NCBI GenBank assembly: GCA_946965045.2
Contig: OX337238.1
Span: forward strand, 930,001-994,000
Source of the DNA: Epithemia pelagica
Lineage: Eukaryota > Protista > Bacillariophyta
Direction of reading: 5' to 3'
DNA length: 64,000 nt
Shown here: piece after piece, positions 44,916 through 56,434 of the stretch
Layout: each line of letters begins with the position of its first letter
Numbering within the stretch: the stretch's first letter is position 1
Program-made: the position numbers and the translations under genes
Notes under the pieces: model-generated
Databases searched by the model: none
What the model was told of the DNA's origin: nothing
What the model saw: the letters and a program-made list of their open reading frames with translations, nothing else

Positions 44916-47900
44916 ATGGAGACGGCGGTAGCCGAAGTGGAAGCTGCAATGGCGCCTCAGGCTTCATCCGTGGTGTCGGAACCCGAAACCATGACGACGG
45001 AACCGACTTCTCCGACGACGGTTGCTAGCCCAGAATCCTCTTCTGAAAAGGGAACGACGCCCACAGAAGAAGAAACCCCAACCGCATCGGTCAATGAGAA
45101 AGCAATCGAGGATACGACTGCACCAACACCCGAAACCGCATTGGAAACACCTCCACCTCCCGTAAGCGGCGAAGCACCTTTAACAGAAACATCGGCGATG
45201 ACCGAAGAGCCAACGGTTACCGCTGCGGCCGATGACACTCCTACGTTGGCGGAACAGACGGAAGCAGACCCCGAACCTGCGGAGGAACCTGTAGAGGAAC
45301 CTGCCCCGGTGGTGGAGACGTCGCCATCAGCGACGGATGTAGCCGCGGCGGTGGTCGAAGACGGAGTTCGTAGCTTGAAAGAACAGTGCATGGCTGAATT
45401 GCGGTATTGGTCTACGTTGTTGCAAGAACAGAAAAGTGGTGAGGAACCAGAGAAAGATGAGGAAGAAATGGAAGATATCAAGCCTCTCCCCTCAGAGGGC
45501 GACCTTTTGTTTCTCTCTCCCAGCAACAAAACAACGGACAAGGAGAAGAACGCAGAAATCATGCAACAGATCTCAACTGGGACCTCGATTCAAGTACGCC
45601 GTTCACCTGATGACAAAGGTAAGGAGTCAAAGCGCAAAATCAATCCAACCTTGTCATCTTCCACGTCCATTGCCACCGGCCGTTCGTACGCAACCGGACG
45701 GTCATCGGTCGGCCGTCGCACGGTTGCGACTAACTTCACGACACCCACAAAGAAGACTACCGCATCATATGTGACCATTACTGGTCTTTTGAACTGGGAC
45801 AACGAATCGACTCACCAGGACGACAATGATGTTCCCAAAACGCTTTCTGGAGAAGCTCATTCGGCGTTTAAAAGTCCTACCGCGATGGCGGCAAGAAGAC
45901 TTGGCTCATGGAAGCAAAGGTCCTTCGATGAAGATGATGAGCCTGAAGATAAGGTAGAGTACTGGTGGGAACATCTCGAGAGCGATCCTCGCGGTGCGCC
46001 TACCCACGACGAAGCCGAGAACGGTTGCATCGTTTGGGGCTGCAATGCTCCTCTCACCAAGAAACATTCTCTCGGAGCGAACAGCTTCACGGAAGAACCC
46101 TATGTCGGATTCCGATCATCACCGACGCCACGCGGTCCTCGTTTTGTGGACATTTATGCCGCTGCGATTCAATGTGCCTGGCGTCGTCACCACGCCGAGT
46201 CGAAATACAACCGTATGCGTCGGGCTGCCCCGGTGATTCAGCGATCGTGGCGGTTCCGTTTCGGTTTAAAGAAACTGGTGACCCAGTACCGAACAGAGCA
46301 CATGCGCAAGTCGGCGGGACGTCATTCGCGTCTGGCAGCCAGTAAGAAACGAATCGAACTGCTTGTTCAGAAACAACGAGAGGAGGAAGAAGAAATCCGC
46401 GAAGCTATTCGCGAGGAAATTGAAGAACGAGCTGAAGAATTGCGAAACCAAAAAGAAAAAGAAGCAGCACTGCTCCGAATTCAGAAGGAAAAGGAAGCAG
46501 AAGAGTTCCGTAAACAAAAAGAACGTGAAGCTGAAGAATTCAGAAGGAAAACAGAGCTTGAAATCGAACAGTTCCGCATGGAAAAGGAGCTGGAAGCTGA
46601 GGAGATTCGTAAGCAAAAGGCAAAGGAAGCACAGGATGACATATCTAGAGTGCTGAGCACCGCCAGTGCTGAGATCAAGGACTTTCCCATCACCTCCGGA
46701 ATTTTGGCGAACCCCGAAGTCGATCCCTCGAAGGGGGATTGTGCCGTCACTTCTTCGGTGTTGGACTTTTTCCGAGTGGCGTTTTGCGACCCTGCAAGCA
46801 CTGATAAATCCCTTGACGCATCTCTGTTCGATAAAGGTATCGAATCATTCAAGCCCCTCTTGTCACAGTCTCACGAAGAAGAGGGAGACAAGCAAAAGGA
46901 CGAAAAGATACCTGATCAGACAAAAGATGAGCCACCCGTGGATACTGATCAAAAACTGGATAAGGCAATTGCAGAAGATGATAAGCCCGAGGCCGATACA
47001 GCCGAAGGAGAACAGAAAGAAGAATCCATGTGTGTCGTGCCTGAACAAGAAGCCAGCACCGATGAAGACCCAAGATACCAGACACTCTGCGAGTCGTCCA
47101 TTGATGTTGGCCCGGGACAGCCTGAGCAAGAAGAAGAAAAGCACACTCCTAGTGAAGACAAGAAAGAGGTTGACCAAGGCGCTGAGAAAGCCGGCGACGA
47201 CTCTGAGGAAGCAGGACAGTCGGAGCAAGAAGAGAAGCCGGCTGCTAGCGAAGACAAGAACGAGATCAAGGTTGACCAAGTCGATGAGAACACTGGTGAC
47301 GACTCTGAGCAAGAAGAAAAGCCGGCTGCTAGCGAAGACGAGAACGAGATCAAGGTTGACCAAGTCGATGAGAACACTGGTGACGACTCTGAGCAAGAAG
47401 AAAAGCCGGCTGCTAGCGAAGACAAGAACGAGATCATGGTTGACCAAGTCGATGAGAACACTGGTGACGACTCTGAGCAAGAAGAAAAGCCGGCTGCTAG
47501 CGAAGACAAGAACGAGATCAAGGTTGACCAAGTCGATGAGAACACCGGTGACGACTCTGAGCAAGAAGAAAAGCAGACTGTTGTTAGCGAAGACAAGAAC
47601 GAGACCAAGGTTGACCAAGTCGATGAGAAGACCGGTGACGACTCCGATGAGGCAGATGAAGGAGTCGCTCAGAAGAAAGAAGAGACAGCTGTAGATAGTG
47701 TAATTCTTGACGGCGAACAAGTCGTGAAAGAAGCCGATGTCACCACGACCAACATCGCAGGTGATGCAGCCACCGCTGAACCTGATGTTGCCGAAAAAGA
47801 ACAAGACAATGAAGGGGCTGAAGCGGGCAACTCAGCTGTTGATGCAGAACAAGATGTCGTTCCTTCCAACTCCCACAGCTTCACTTTTTTCCCCTGCTGT

Positions 47901-50327
47901 GCGAAAATGGGAGGACAAGACGAGGTTCCTTTCGACGAATCAAAATCGTTTGACATGAAAGAAACTCTCGCCGGAAACGGCGAGAGTCTTCTTGATCAAG
48001 TCGCCTCGGCGGAAGAAGCTATCGATGAGAACGCCGATGCTATCAAGACTGAACCACCTGTGAAGGAGACAGAACCTAAGGAGGTCGAATCGTCTGACGC
48101 TGCCATCAAACCTGATCAACCAGCTGAGGAAACAGAAACTAAGGAGGTCGAATCACCCACAGAGGAAAGTAACATGGAAGCAAAAAATCAGCTGGACCAA
48201 TCGGAAGAAAAGAAAGCGCTCGAGTCTGAGGATAAAATCGTGAAACCGGCGAGTCGAGAAGAGTTTCCTTTCGATGAAACAAAATCAAAAGACCTGACTT
48301 CAGGAGAGAAAGAAGACATCGATTTATCGAACGAAACCAATGGAAAACCGGACACTGTGGCAAGTGGAGTTACAACTGCACCCATCACCAAGGTGTGGAG
48401 AGTTGAGGACGAACCAACTCCATCTACCACCAACAATGTACTGCCTTGGAGAGTTGAGGACAAGGTTCTGCCATGGAGAGTTGAGGACGAACCAGCTCCA
48501 TCAGTTGTCAACAAGGTACTACCGTGGAGAGTTGAGGACGAACCAGCCAAGTCGACGACTAAGGTATGGAGAATCGAGGAAACTCTGTCTCCCAAGGAAG
48601 CCAAAGTGGAATCGACAACTGAGAAGAAGGATGGATCATTGAAGGTCCAGGAACCACTACAGCCGGAAAATGCCGAGAAGACCCAGGTCGATCAATCATC
48701 ATCTGGACAGGAGAACAAACAATCAGAAGCCCTGACGCTGACAAAGGAGGAGGAAAACGAGGATGCCACAGGAAAGGATAGCGAAGCAGTGGTTAAGGAC
48801 TCAGACGATCCGGTGACCAAAGATGAAGACGTCGTTGCCGTCGATGACACCAAATCAGAATCTGTTGTGGTGCCTGTTGCAACAACTCCTCGTACGTTTA
48901 ATTTCTTTTCTTGCTGGGGAACACAAGATGTTGTCGCTGATGCCCCACGATCCCTAATTGACGAGGTAGCCTCGGGCGTGGTGGGAGAAAGTGAGGTTCC
49001 TGCCCCAACTCAAACCGAACAGACTCAGTCTCTGGTGAAAGACGATGGAGAACAGCATGAAATGTCTAAACAAACTGACGAACCCAAGGAACCTGAGGAC
49101 AAAATGCCTGATGCTCCCGTCGAAATGGACAAAGAAGAATCTCTCTGTGAGAAGCCATTTGATGTCCCAGAAACAAAGCCTGCGTACGAAGACCTCTCAG
49201 TTCCGGTTGCCATTAAACACGACGACTCTACAGAAGCTGGACAAGAGTCGATAGAAGTGGCCATCAGCCACGCCACTCAGTCAATCGATAAGAACGATTC
49301 CGCAGGAAATGAAAAGGCTGGAAAAGAGCAAGAGGAGGATGAGGATGTGTGTCTCGACAGATTCAGCAGTAGAGAAGCTCTTCAAAAAGAGATTGTGTTT
49401 GAAGATGGCGGATCCAACATGGGCGAAAACATGCGCCAAAACACAAATTCTCTGCAATCTGACGAAAACGAGGATGCGGAGCGATTTAGCAGCAGTGCAG
49501 CTCTTGCAAATGCGATATTCCAGCAACTTGACTACCATGAGCAAGAAAAACAAGCACAACCAACAGTTGCAACGGAATCTTCCACAACGAAAGCGGAGCC
49601 CGCCACCGAAACTCCACAGGTCACGTCCAAGGAGTCAACCAAGACCGGAAGTGAGCAGGATGACCAGCTCGATGGGGATCATGATGATGATGTTCTCGAA
49701 AGTGGTACTTCCTCGGGTGATGGACAAGAATCGAATGCAGTCACATTGCAAGAATCAGATGCGTTCACCGCGATCCCGAGTGATTCCCGTAGTTTCACAA
49801 TGTTTAACTGTTGTGCCAACAAGATGGAAGATCATTGCGACATTCCGATCGAGGAATCCAAGTCGATCTTGTGCGAAGAGAAAGCTGGCAGTGACAACAA
49901 TGAACAAGAGAAGAAACATGTTGTTATCGAAAACCGGCCATCTCCTGTAAGCGTGGAAACTGATCATGTCGTTGGTGGTCCCATCAGTCCCATCAGTCCC
50001 ATCAAACAACAAAACTCGACCGACCAAAAGTTGGTCGAGCTGGAGCACAGGTTGATTCGATTGAGGAAACAAAAGTGCTTCGACGAATTGCTTGGCTTTG
50101 CAAACAGGGGCAAGAAGGTTTGGCTCAAGAATGGAAAATCAAGGTCAAAGAAAAGCAAAAAGATAGCCGCATCGAAACCACGAGCGGCGAGACCCACAGG
50201 TGGACGCAGCCCTCCGACTGTTGTGGCAAAAACTGAACAAAAGAACCAGGACGACAACAAGTCTTTTGAAGTGGACACTTTAGTCACGGGAAGTATCAAT
50301 TCCGTGTTGGCAGGTGAGACCCCGTAA
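44916..50327 (+). CDS. Very acidic 1803-aa protein with IQ motifs, a coiled coil and internal repeats
   Basis: Single ORF. IQ motifs AAAIQCAWRRH and APVIQRSWRFR, an E/K/R-rich coiled coil and a 28-aa tandem repeat. Confidence 0.85.
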   Translation: METAVAEVEAAMAPQASSVVSEPETMTTEPTSPTTVASPESSSEKGTTPTEEETPTASVNEKAIEDTTAPTPETALETPPPPVSGEAPLTETSAMTEEPTVTAAADDTPTLAEQTEADPEPAEEPVEEPAPVVETSPSATDVAAAVVEDGVRSLKEQCMAELRYWSTLLQEQKSGEEPEKDEEEMEDIKPLPSEGDLLFLSPSNKTTDKEKNAEIMQQISTGTSIQVRRSPDDKGKESKRKINPTLSSSTSIATGRSYATGRSSVGRRTVATNFTTPTKKTTASYVTITGLLNWDNESTHQDDNDVPKTLSGEAHSAFKSPTAMAARRLGSWKQRSFDEDDEPEDKVEYWWEHLESDPRGAPTHDEAENGCIVWGCNAPLTKKHSLGANSFTEEPYVGFRSSPTPRGPRFVDIYAAAIQCAWRRHHAESKYNRMRRAAPVIQRSWRFRFGLKKLVTQYRTEHMRKSAGRHSRLAASKKRIELLVQKQREEEEEIREAIREEIEERAEELRNQKEKEAALLRIQKEKEAEEFRKQKEREAEEFRRKTELEIEQFRMEKELEAEEIRKQKAKEAQDDISRVLSTASAEIKDFPITSGILANPEVDPSKGDCAVTSSVLDFFRVAFCDPASTDKSLDASLFDKGIESFKPLLSQSHEEEGDKQKDEKIPDQTKDEPPVDTDQKLDKAIAEDDKPEADTAEGEQKEESMCVVPEQEASTDEDPRYQTLCESSIDVGPGQPEQEEEKHTPSEDKKEVDQGAEKAGDDSEEAGQSEQEEKPAASEDKNEIKVDQVDENTGDDSEQEEKPAASEDENEIKVDQVDENTGDDSEQEEKPAASEDKNEIMVDQVDENTGDDSEQEEKPAASEDKNEIKVDQVDENTGDDSEQEEKQTVVSEDKNETKVDQVDEKTGDDSDEADEGVAQKKEETAVDSVILDGEQVVKEADVTTTNIAGDAATAEPDVAEKEQDNEGAEAGNSAVDAEQDVVPSNSHSFTFFPCCAKMGGQDEVPFDESKSFDMKETLAGNGESLLDQVASAEEAIDENADAIKTEPPVKETEPKEVESSDAAIKPDQPAEETETKEVESPTEESNMEAKNQLDQSEEKKALESEDKIVKPASREEFPFDETKSKDLTSGEKEDIDLSNETNGKPDTVASGVTTAPITKVWRVEDEPTPSTTNNVLPWRVEDKVLPWRVEDEPAPSVVNKVLPWRVEDEPAKSTTKVWRIEETLSPKEAKVESTTEKKDGSLKVQEPLQPENAEKTQVDQSSSGQENKQSEALTLTKEEENEDATGKDSEAVVKDSDDPVTKDEDVVAVDDTKSESVVVPVATTPRTFNFFSCWGTQDVVADAPRSLIDEVASGVVGESEVPAPTQTEQTQSLVKDDGEQHEMSKQTDEPKEPEDKMPDAPVEMDKEESLCEKPFDVPETKPAYEDLSVPVAIKHDDSTEAGQESIEVAISHATQSIDKNDSAGNEKAGKEQEEDEDVCLDRFSSREALQKEIVFEDGGSNMGENMRQNTNSLQSDENEDAERFSSSAALANAIFQQLDYHEQEKQAQPTVATESSTTKAEPATETPQVTSKESTKTGSEQDDQLDGDHDDDVLESGTSSGDGQESNAVTLQESDAFTAIPSDSRSFTMFNCCANKMEDHCDIPIEESKSILCEEKAGSDNNEQEKKHVVIENRPSPVSVETDHVVGGPISPISPIKQQNSTDQKLVELEHRLIRLRKQKCFDELLGFANRGKKVWLKNGKSRSKKSKKIAASKPRAARPTGGRSPPTVVAKTEQKNQDDNKSFEVDTLVTGSINSVLAGETP
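47223..47645 (+). repeat. 84-bp coding tandem repeat, 5 copies (EQEEKPAASEDKNEIKVDQVDENTGDDS)
   Basis: Units start at 47223, 47307, 47391, 47475 and 47559 (the fifth has one extra codon). A degenerate copy lies just upstream, near 47125. Confidence 0.95.
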
Positions 50328-50874
50328 AGATTCGCACATTTCCATATCAACAATGATGGACTGGATTTTGATGGTTGAAGAAGAGAGTCCGAATGAATCA
50401 CGCTCCCTTTATATTACCATCTCTTTTTTATAACGTGTTTGTGTGGTGAAGTGAAGGTACAAACTCTGTGTATTATTATTATTAGCAAACAAGAATTATT
50501 TTCGAACTCTTCTATCTTCATTGTGTGCGTCAACTTAGGAACCAAGGACCACAACACTGGTTCTTCTTGAACCATCAATGTGTGTCAGGGAATCTTCCAT
50601 GCAAGCGTGGAGAAAGCGTTCCTCCACCTTCAGCTAGTACTCAAGTGGAGGGGATGATGAACGTTGAGATGGTTATGATCGGGCTTGAGATGTGTCATCT
50701 TCCACCATACTAGTAGGAGTACGAAAATAGACAAAGAGCTATGCTGGCTACCACTCCAACAGGCCTTATCCTAGTCCACGCGGAAGCAAAAACGTCTTGC
50801 CGGCGGCGGGCAACAATTTTTCAGTGTCCCAATGACAATGACGACCGTACAACACACAAAACACGAGAGAGCGA

Positions 50875-52137
50875 ATGGCCTTATTCCGTATGTCGAGGTT
50901 GGCGGTCCCTAAACATTCCTCCGTGGTCCCCATTGTTCAGCTTTTGGTTGTGGTTTTCCTAAGTTCCTGCATCATATTTGAGGTCACAGCTACCGGTCGT
51001 TTCGACGGTCATCGGAAGCACATCCAATCCTCGCGCAAGGCCTCATTGTCGTCCTTCTCCTCTTCCTTGGCGTTTCTCGTGCATCAACCACGGACAGCCT
51101 TGTCGTTGCAAGAGCAACTTCGTCACCTTGATTCTGAAGGAGTAAAACTATACAGCAACAACGACAGCGCAATGTGGATGAAGAAACATCATTCTCCCTC
51201 TGCCGAGCGCAACAAGGAACCCATCTGGAAGATCTTACAGGATTGTGTTCTCCCGAAACTCCTGCCTCCATCCTCTTCGATTTCTGATCCTTCCACTAAC
51301 AGTGCATTGAATGATGAGAAGAAGCCATTGTTAAGGATATTAGAAGTCGCCGCTGGATCGGGAGTCCACACTGTCTACTTTTCAAGTCGCTTGTTTGAAT
51401 ATCTCCAACATCAAAAACAACAATCCATCGAGGAAACTAAAAGCAGTAATGAGGATGACCAAGATGGAATGTTCTTGTGGCAGTCGACAGATCCGGAGCA
51501 GTCCTCCAGAGAATCGCAAGAAGCCTACATGGAAGATGAGTTGGTTCCATTCTCAAACAGTGGTGATGATGGAACCACAGTGCAACAGGAGCAAGCCATG
51601 CGTCTCTTGCGTCAATGCGTCTCCCCCACACCATTCAGTTTGACCTTGTCATCGGAAGGGATTCAAGAAGAGGACACCCGAACCAAGGTCTTGGCCGGGT
51701 CCTGGAATTTGATTGTCAACATTAACATGGTTCACATCTCTCCCTGGTCGGCCACACAAGGCCTCATGGTATTGGCTCGAGAAGCACTTGTACCAGGTGG
51801 GATCCTCTATCTCTATGGGCCCTACCACGTCAAGGAAACTCCCACAGCACCGTCCAACTTGTAAGTACGCAGGATTTGACTTGGCAATGTTTCTGTCGCG
51901 AACCGATGGTCGGGGGTGGCATTCGTTTGGACCAACCAATAATCCTCACAGATTCTTCCATTCTCGGTATTCTCTCGACCTAGAAAATTTGATGAGTTTC
52001 TCCGAGCAAAAGATCCTGGTTTCGGCCTTCGAAATCTCGAAGATGTCGTTGCCTTGGCCAAGCAAAACGAACTGGAATTAATCCAAACCATCGCCATGCC
52101 CGCCAACAATTTGAGTGTTATATTCCAACGACGGTGA
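50875..52137 (+). CDS. METTL26: DUF938 / methyltransferase-like 26 family SAM-dependent methyltransferase
   Basis: Exons 50875-51860 and 51984-52137. Motifs RNKEPI, LEVAAGSGVH, WQSTD, NINMVHISPW, LYGPY, SNLKFDEFLR, GLRNLEDV, MPANNL. Confidence 0.85.
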
Positions 52138-52372
52138 GAATAAGACTGCAAAATTCGGCTAGTCGGTATTCTGAAGCTGTTTTGGAAGTACGTCCGCGAC
52201 AACATCGGTCTTGCTTGGATCCAATCTTCCTCAGACGTGTTCACTGCGCATCTTTGTGTCAGCGAAACTTCGATGTGCAGAAAAGGCCGAACCTACTCTG
52301 ACACTTGTGGAGACCACAATTGATCTGCTACGCATAAATTCATCTGATTCCATTTCATGAATTACTTAAAAT

Positions 52373-55021
52373 TTAGTCGAAACGTCTTTTGTAGTGTAGT
52401 GGTCCAAACGGAGACGGGGCAGAACGTGAACCAAGAGACGCAGCTGGAACAATGCCTCCCATTGTTGGGTCTGAACTGTTGCTCGAATCTGTGGAATATG
52501 ACGAAAACGAAATGTCTCCGTCGTCAACAAGCAGAGGTTCAAAAGCACTGTCATCATCGTCATCGTAATCGTCGTGGGAGTCTACAGAATCATCGCCGTC
52601 ATCGTCTTCCATCATGGCATCTAGCGCGCGCTCATCTGATTTCGAGAGAATACCGCTGCTGCTGCGGCTGCTAAAGCTCAATGGAGAAGAAAACGCCGAT
52701 TCATCGCCATCTGCTTCGTCGTCCGTCTCGTCATACGAGTCGTCCACGAGGCGGTGACGGTGCTGATCCCGGTGGTGCCATCTCATAGAGTCAATTGGAT
52801 TGTCTTCTTCATCATCCGCATCAGAACCATCATCAAGCTCGTGCGAAGTATTGCGTAGACTATAGTCGTCATCGTCATGTTCGTCCTCAGTTCCTGAATG
52901 AGAATGTCCATCCGTGTCGGAGTGCGAAATACCATCCGTTTCCCAATGGGAATCCGTATGTTCATCCGTTTCCGAATATATGTGGTCGTCATCGTCCGTC
53001 TGGGAATTGTTAGCGTGGTCCAGATCTCCAATTTCCTTGTCCACTCCGTCTTCGTCGTCATCCTCATCCTCTTCATCGTCGCCAAAGAAACGCGGTTCCG
53101 TTGGTCCACCAATCCCTCCTACCAAGCCAACTTCAATACCGATCTCATGTGCAATGGCACTGAAGAAATAAAGACCATCCCATCCAGCATCCATACTCAT
53201 AGCATTTGAGAGTCTACCCATGTCCCATTTATCTTCCTCATTCATTCTCTCGTCTTGCGACGTGCTTTCTTCGTCTAAATCCTCTTCGTCATAGGACAAA
53301 CTGTAGACCTGACCAACGTAGACTTCATGTACGTTGACCCGCTGATGATCACTACTCCGAACGCGGCTCTTATCTTTCTTCTGTTTGTTTTCCTTCTTTT
53401 TACTGGGTGCTCGTTTTGGCTGCTTCTTATCAAGCAATTCATCCAAACAGTTCCGTTTCCGCAAGATTACCATTCGCTGTGTGCGTTCAACGTCACGACG
53501 TTGATCTCGCATCGCTTCGTCTTCTACAACGCCTTCCTCTGCACCGGCATTGTTGTTCTTTGTGGATGTGATATTCCTCTCTAGAGTGTTCATGGTAGCA
53601 GCTCCTCCGTCACCGAGGCGAAGCACGGACATGGACCGCGCAATCTTGAGAAAGATTTTGATCACTTGTTCTTCTGCTTGCGTCCACTTGAATGGCCATC
53701 TTGCACCTTGAACTCCCAGCATGATATCTTTCTGATTTTGTTGGATGTAATCCTCAAAATGAGATGCCAACTGTAACTGTTTCGTCGATGAATCCGAGGA
53801 CCTGTCGCTAGAAGTTGAATATTCAACATAGAGCAGTTCTGTAGTGGGGTGATCCAAGTCCGTCTGAGATCCCAGCTTCAAGTCATTCTCTGTTACATCA
53901 CATGTTGTTGTTTCGCTCTGAGATTCACTCTCGAGCTCCTTTCCATGCGATGTGATACGGTGATGATCTTTGGTGGAAATGGCAGTTCCGCGTGTCGCTG
54001 GTTCACCGTCATGATCATCATCTCCAAACGACATGCAACTATAACGTGCCAGCTCATTCATGCAATCCTGAGTATTGTCATTACCACAAAAGTCGTCCAG
54101 GCGGTATTCATTGAAAGCGCTCCAGTCACGCTGTATCTCTTTGAAATGCTCTTGAGACGACGCGTCCGCCAATTGCTTGACAGGTCGATCTTCCAGGAAC
54201 ATACTGTTGCTGTTTTGTGCCAGAGTTGCAATGGAGCTTGTCTTTATTTCCTGATCATGCGGACCATCTTTAATGGTAATTGGACTTGAATTAGAGGCTC
54301 GATCCTTGCTTGTGCTCTTTACTATCAGACCATGGTCAAAGAGGTGTTCCTTGTCCCGAATGCGCAGATCCAGTAAACTCAAATCTTCTTCATTGTCTTC
54401 TTTGCGGGCCACGGTACGTTTGCGTTCCTCCACTTGGGGTTCGTCGTTTTGTTTCATGGAACGAGTGCCCTTCTTTTGTGCTTTTGCTGCTCCACGTTCA
54501 CTCCAATAGGCCGGGCCTTCCGAACGACCTCCTTCCTCCGGCATGTCCAACAGCAGGAGGGGAGGGGTCTTGGAAGCATGAGTGCCTGTTGTTGTTGCGG
54601 TTGCTTCCCCTGCAAGTTCTGGTCGTCGTCTTGCAACCATGGACCTGTTGCTTTGAAACAGAATACTGTTGGACTCATGTTTCAAAATGTCATACAAGAC
54701 TTGTGAGAAGCGCATTTGACGACGCATGGCCACTGCCAGGTTGATGAGAACTGTAGCAGTCGCAATGGGGGAATGAACCAATAAACTCTGAAGTTGCATC
54801 ATGTCTTGTTGCTGCTGCGGACCAATACTAAGCATCTGATGATTTGTAGAGTCGTCCAAACCAAGCACGGCTCCAGGAACGGGTGGCGTGGGGGCCGAAT
54901 GGACCAGAGTTCTGGTCAGAATGGTGTCTGGAATAGCTGCTTCCTCTTCTTCGTCTTCTTCGCTTGTGGAGCTCGAGCTTTCACTTTGAGAATAGGTCCA
55001 GAAGCATGGGTCGTGATGTGG

Positions 55022-55064
<43 letters not shown>

Positions 55065-56434
55065 GGGGACTCATTATCATCCTCGTTTACCGCACTGCTG
55101 CTGAGGGTACTGTGGGAGATTCTTTCTTCTGCTTCCGAGGAGGAGGAGGACGACGACGTGGTGGTATCCGGACTATGGTTTCGAATCAAACTCAGCAGAG
55201 TTGCCATGACACTGGCTTGTCCCGGTTGTTGGTGTTGGTGTTGGTGGTGATTTCTTTGGCTCCACGTCTCATTCTCTACAGCCGGACGACTGCTGCTGCT
55301 CACTGGTTCTTGTGGTTGTTGTTGCTGGTGGTACGAGGAACGTGATGGAATGGACGGAGTGGTGGTACTCGTCAAAGTGTGCTTCGGTTGGGTTCCCCCG
55401 GGTGGTTGGTACTCGTTGTTGTTGCTGTTGGTGGTGGTGGTCGGAGACGGCGTGGCCAGCAACTGATCCGGTGTCAAGAGCTCCCAGGAGGGTGGTGGTG
55501 GCTCCTGTTCGGCTTGTTGTGGTTGGGTATGGTGCCATACCAGAGTCGTGCTGGTCGAAGTGGTTTCCGGTGATGACGACTCTCGGGTGTTGGTGGTTTC
55601 TTCTGCTTGTGGTTGTGCATCCTCCTCCGGTTGGACAGGTGTCGTTTCTGGATCCAACGGCACAGCTTCGTCCGGCAGGGTGGCGGACTCGGGTCGTTCT
55701 TTCTCCTTGTCTTGTTGCTGTGGTTGTGGTGGTGGGCGTGACCCAGTCTTGTTCTTGTTGTTGTTCTTGTTGTCGTATGGTAGATCCTCCGAGCCAATAC
55801 TACTGCCTGGATACTGCAGTATCTTGTGCAAGTCCAACGGTTGAAGGAGTGGTGGAGGAGGAGATGTCGTTGTTGTGTGTTTTCGGTTCTTTTTCAACAG
55901 ACTGGGACTCATGAGTTTCATGCGTCGAGCCGGCAAAGGAAGAATAGGAGCTGGTACAGTCTCTGTTTTGCTGGTTGGCACCACGGCCGATTCGACACTT
56001 TCTCGGGAGGATTCGATTCCTTGCAGTTGCTCGGACCGTGGCTCGCTTACGGGTTCTCGTCGTTCGTTGTTGTTGTCGTCTTCCAGAGATTCTTCGTCAT
56101 TGTCTTGTGCTTCCACGGCATCCTCTCGTTGTTCCTGTTCCAGTTCCTGATGCATTTCTTGCAACACTTGTCGACGAATGGCGGCTTCATCCACGGGAAC
56201 CGATGTCAGGCGCAACAAGGCCGCTGTGGTCAACATTCCGTTTGTCGCATTGCCACTTCTACGATTGGGAGCAGTAGCACTACCAGCGGCACCAAGTTGT
56301 TGCAGTTGTTGTTGTTGTTGATTTCGTTCGAGCAAGCGACGCGGAGCTTTGCGATTGGTGCGACAAATGGACAATAACGAGGGCCTTGTTGTCGTCTCGT
56401 GTCCACCCGGAGACGACAGTTCTCGACGATCCAT
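52373..56434 (-). CDS. Hypothetical low-complexity protein with polyQ and an acidic C-terminus (about 1353 aa)
   Basis: Long uninterrupted ORF; first ATG at 56434. No globular domain recognised. Confidence 0.75.
55021..55062. repeat. (GTT)14 microsatellite encoding polyQ on the minus strand
   Basis: Directly visible perfect trinucleotide run. Confidence 0.95.

Noticed and set aside
44957-47804. Long antisense and alternate-frame ORFs inside large genes (also within 18048-23610 and 52373-62151)
   Set aside because: Shadow ORFs produced by biased, repetitive codon use in the real gene.
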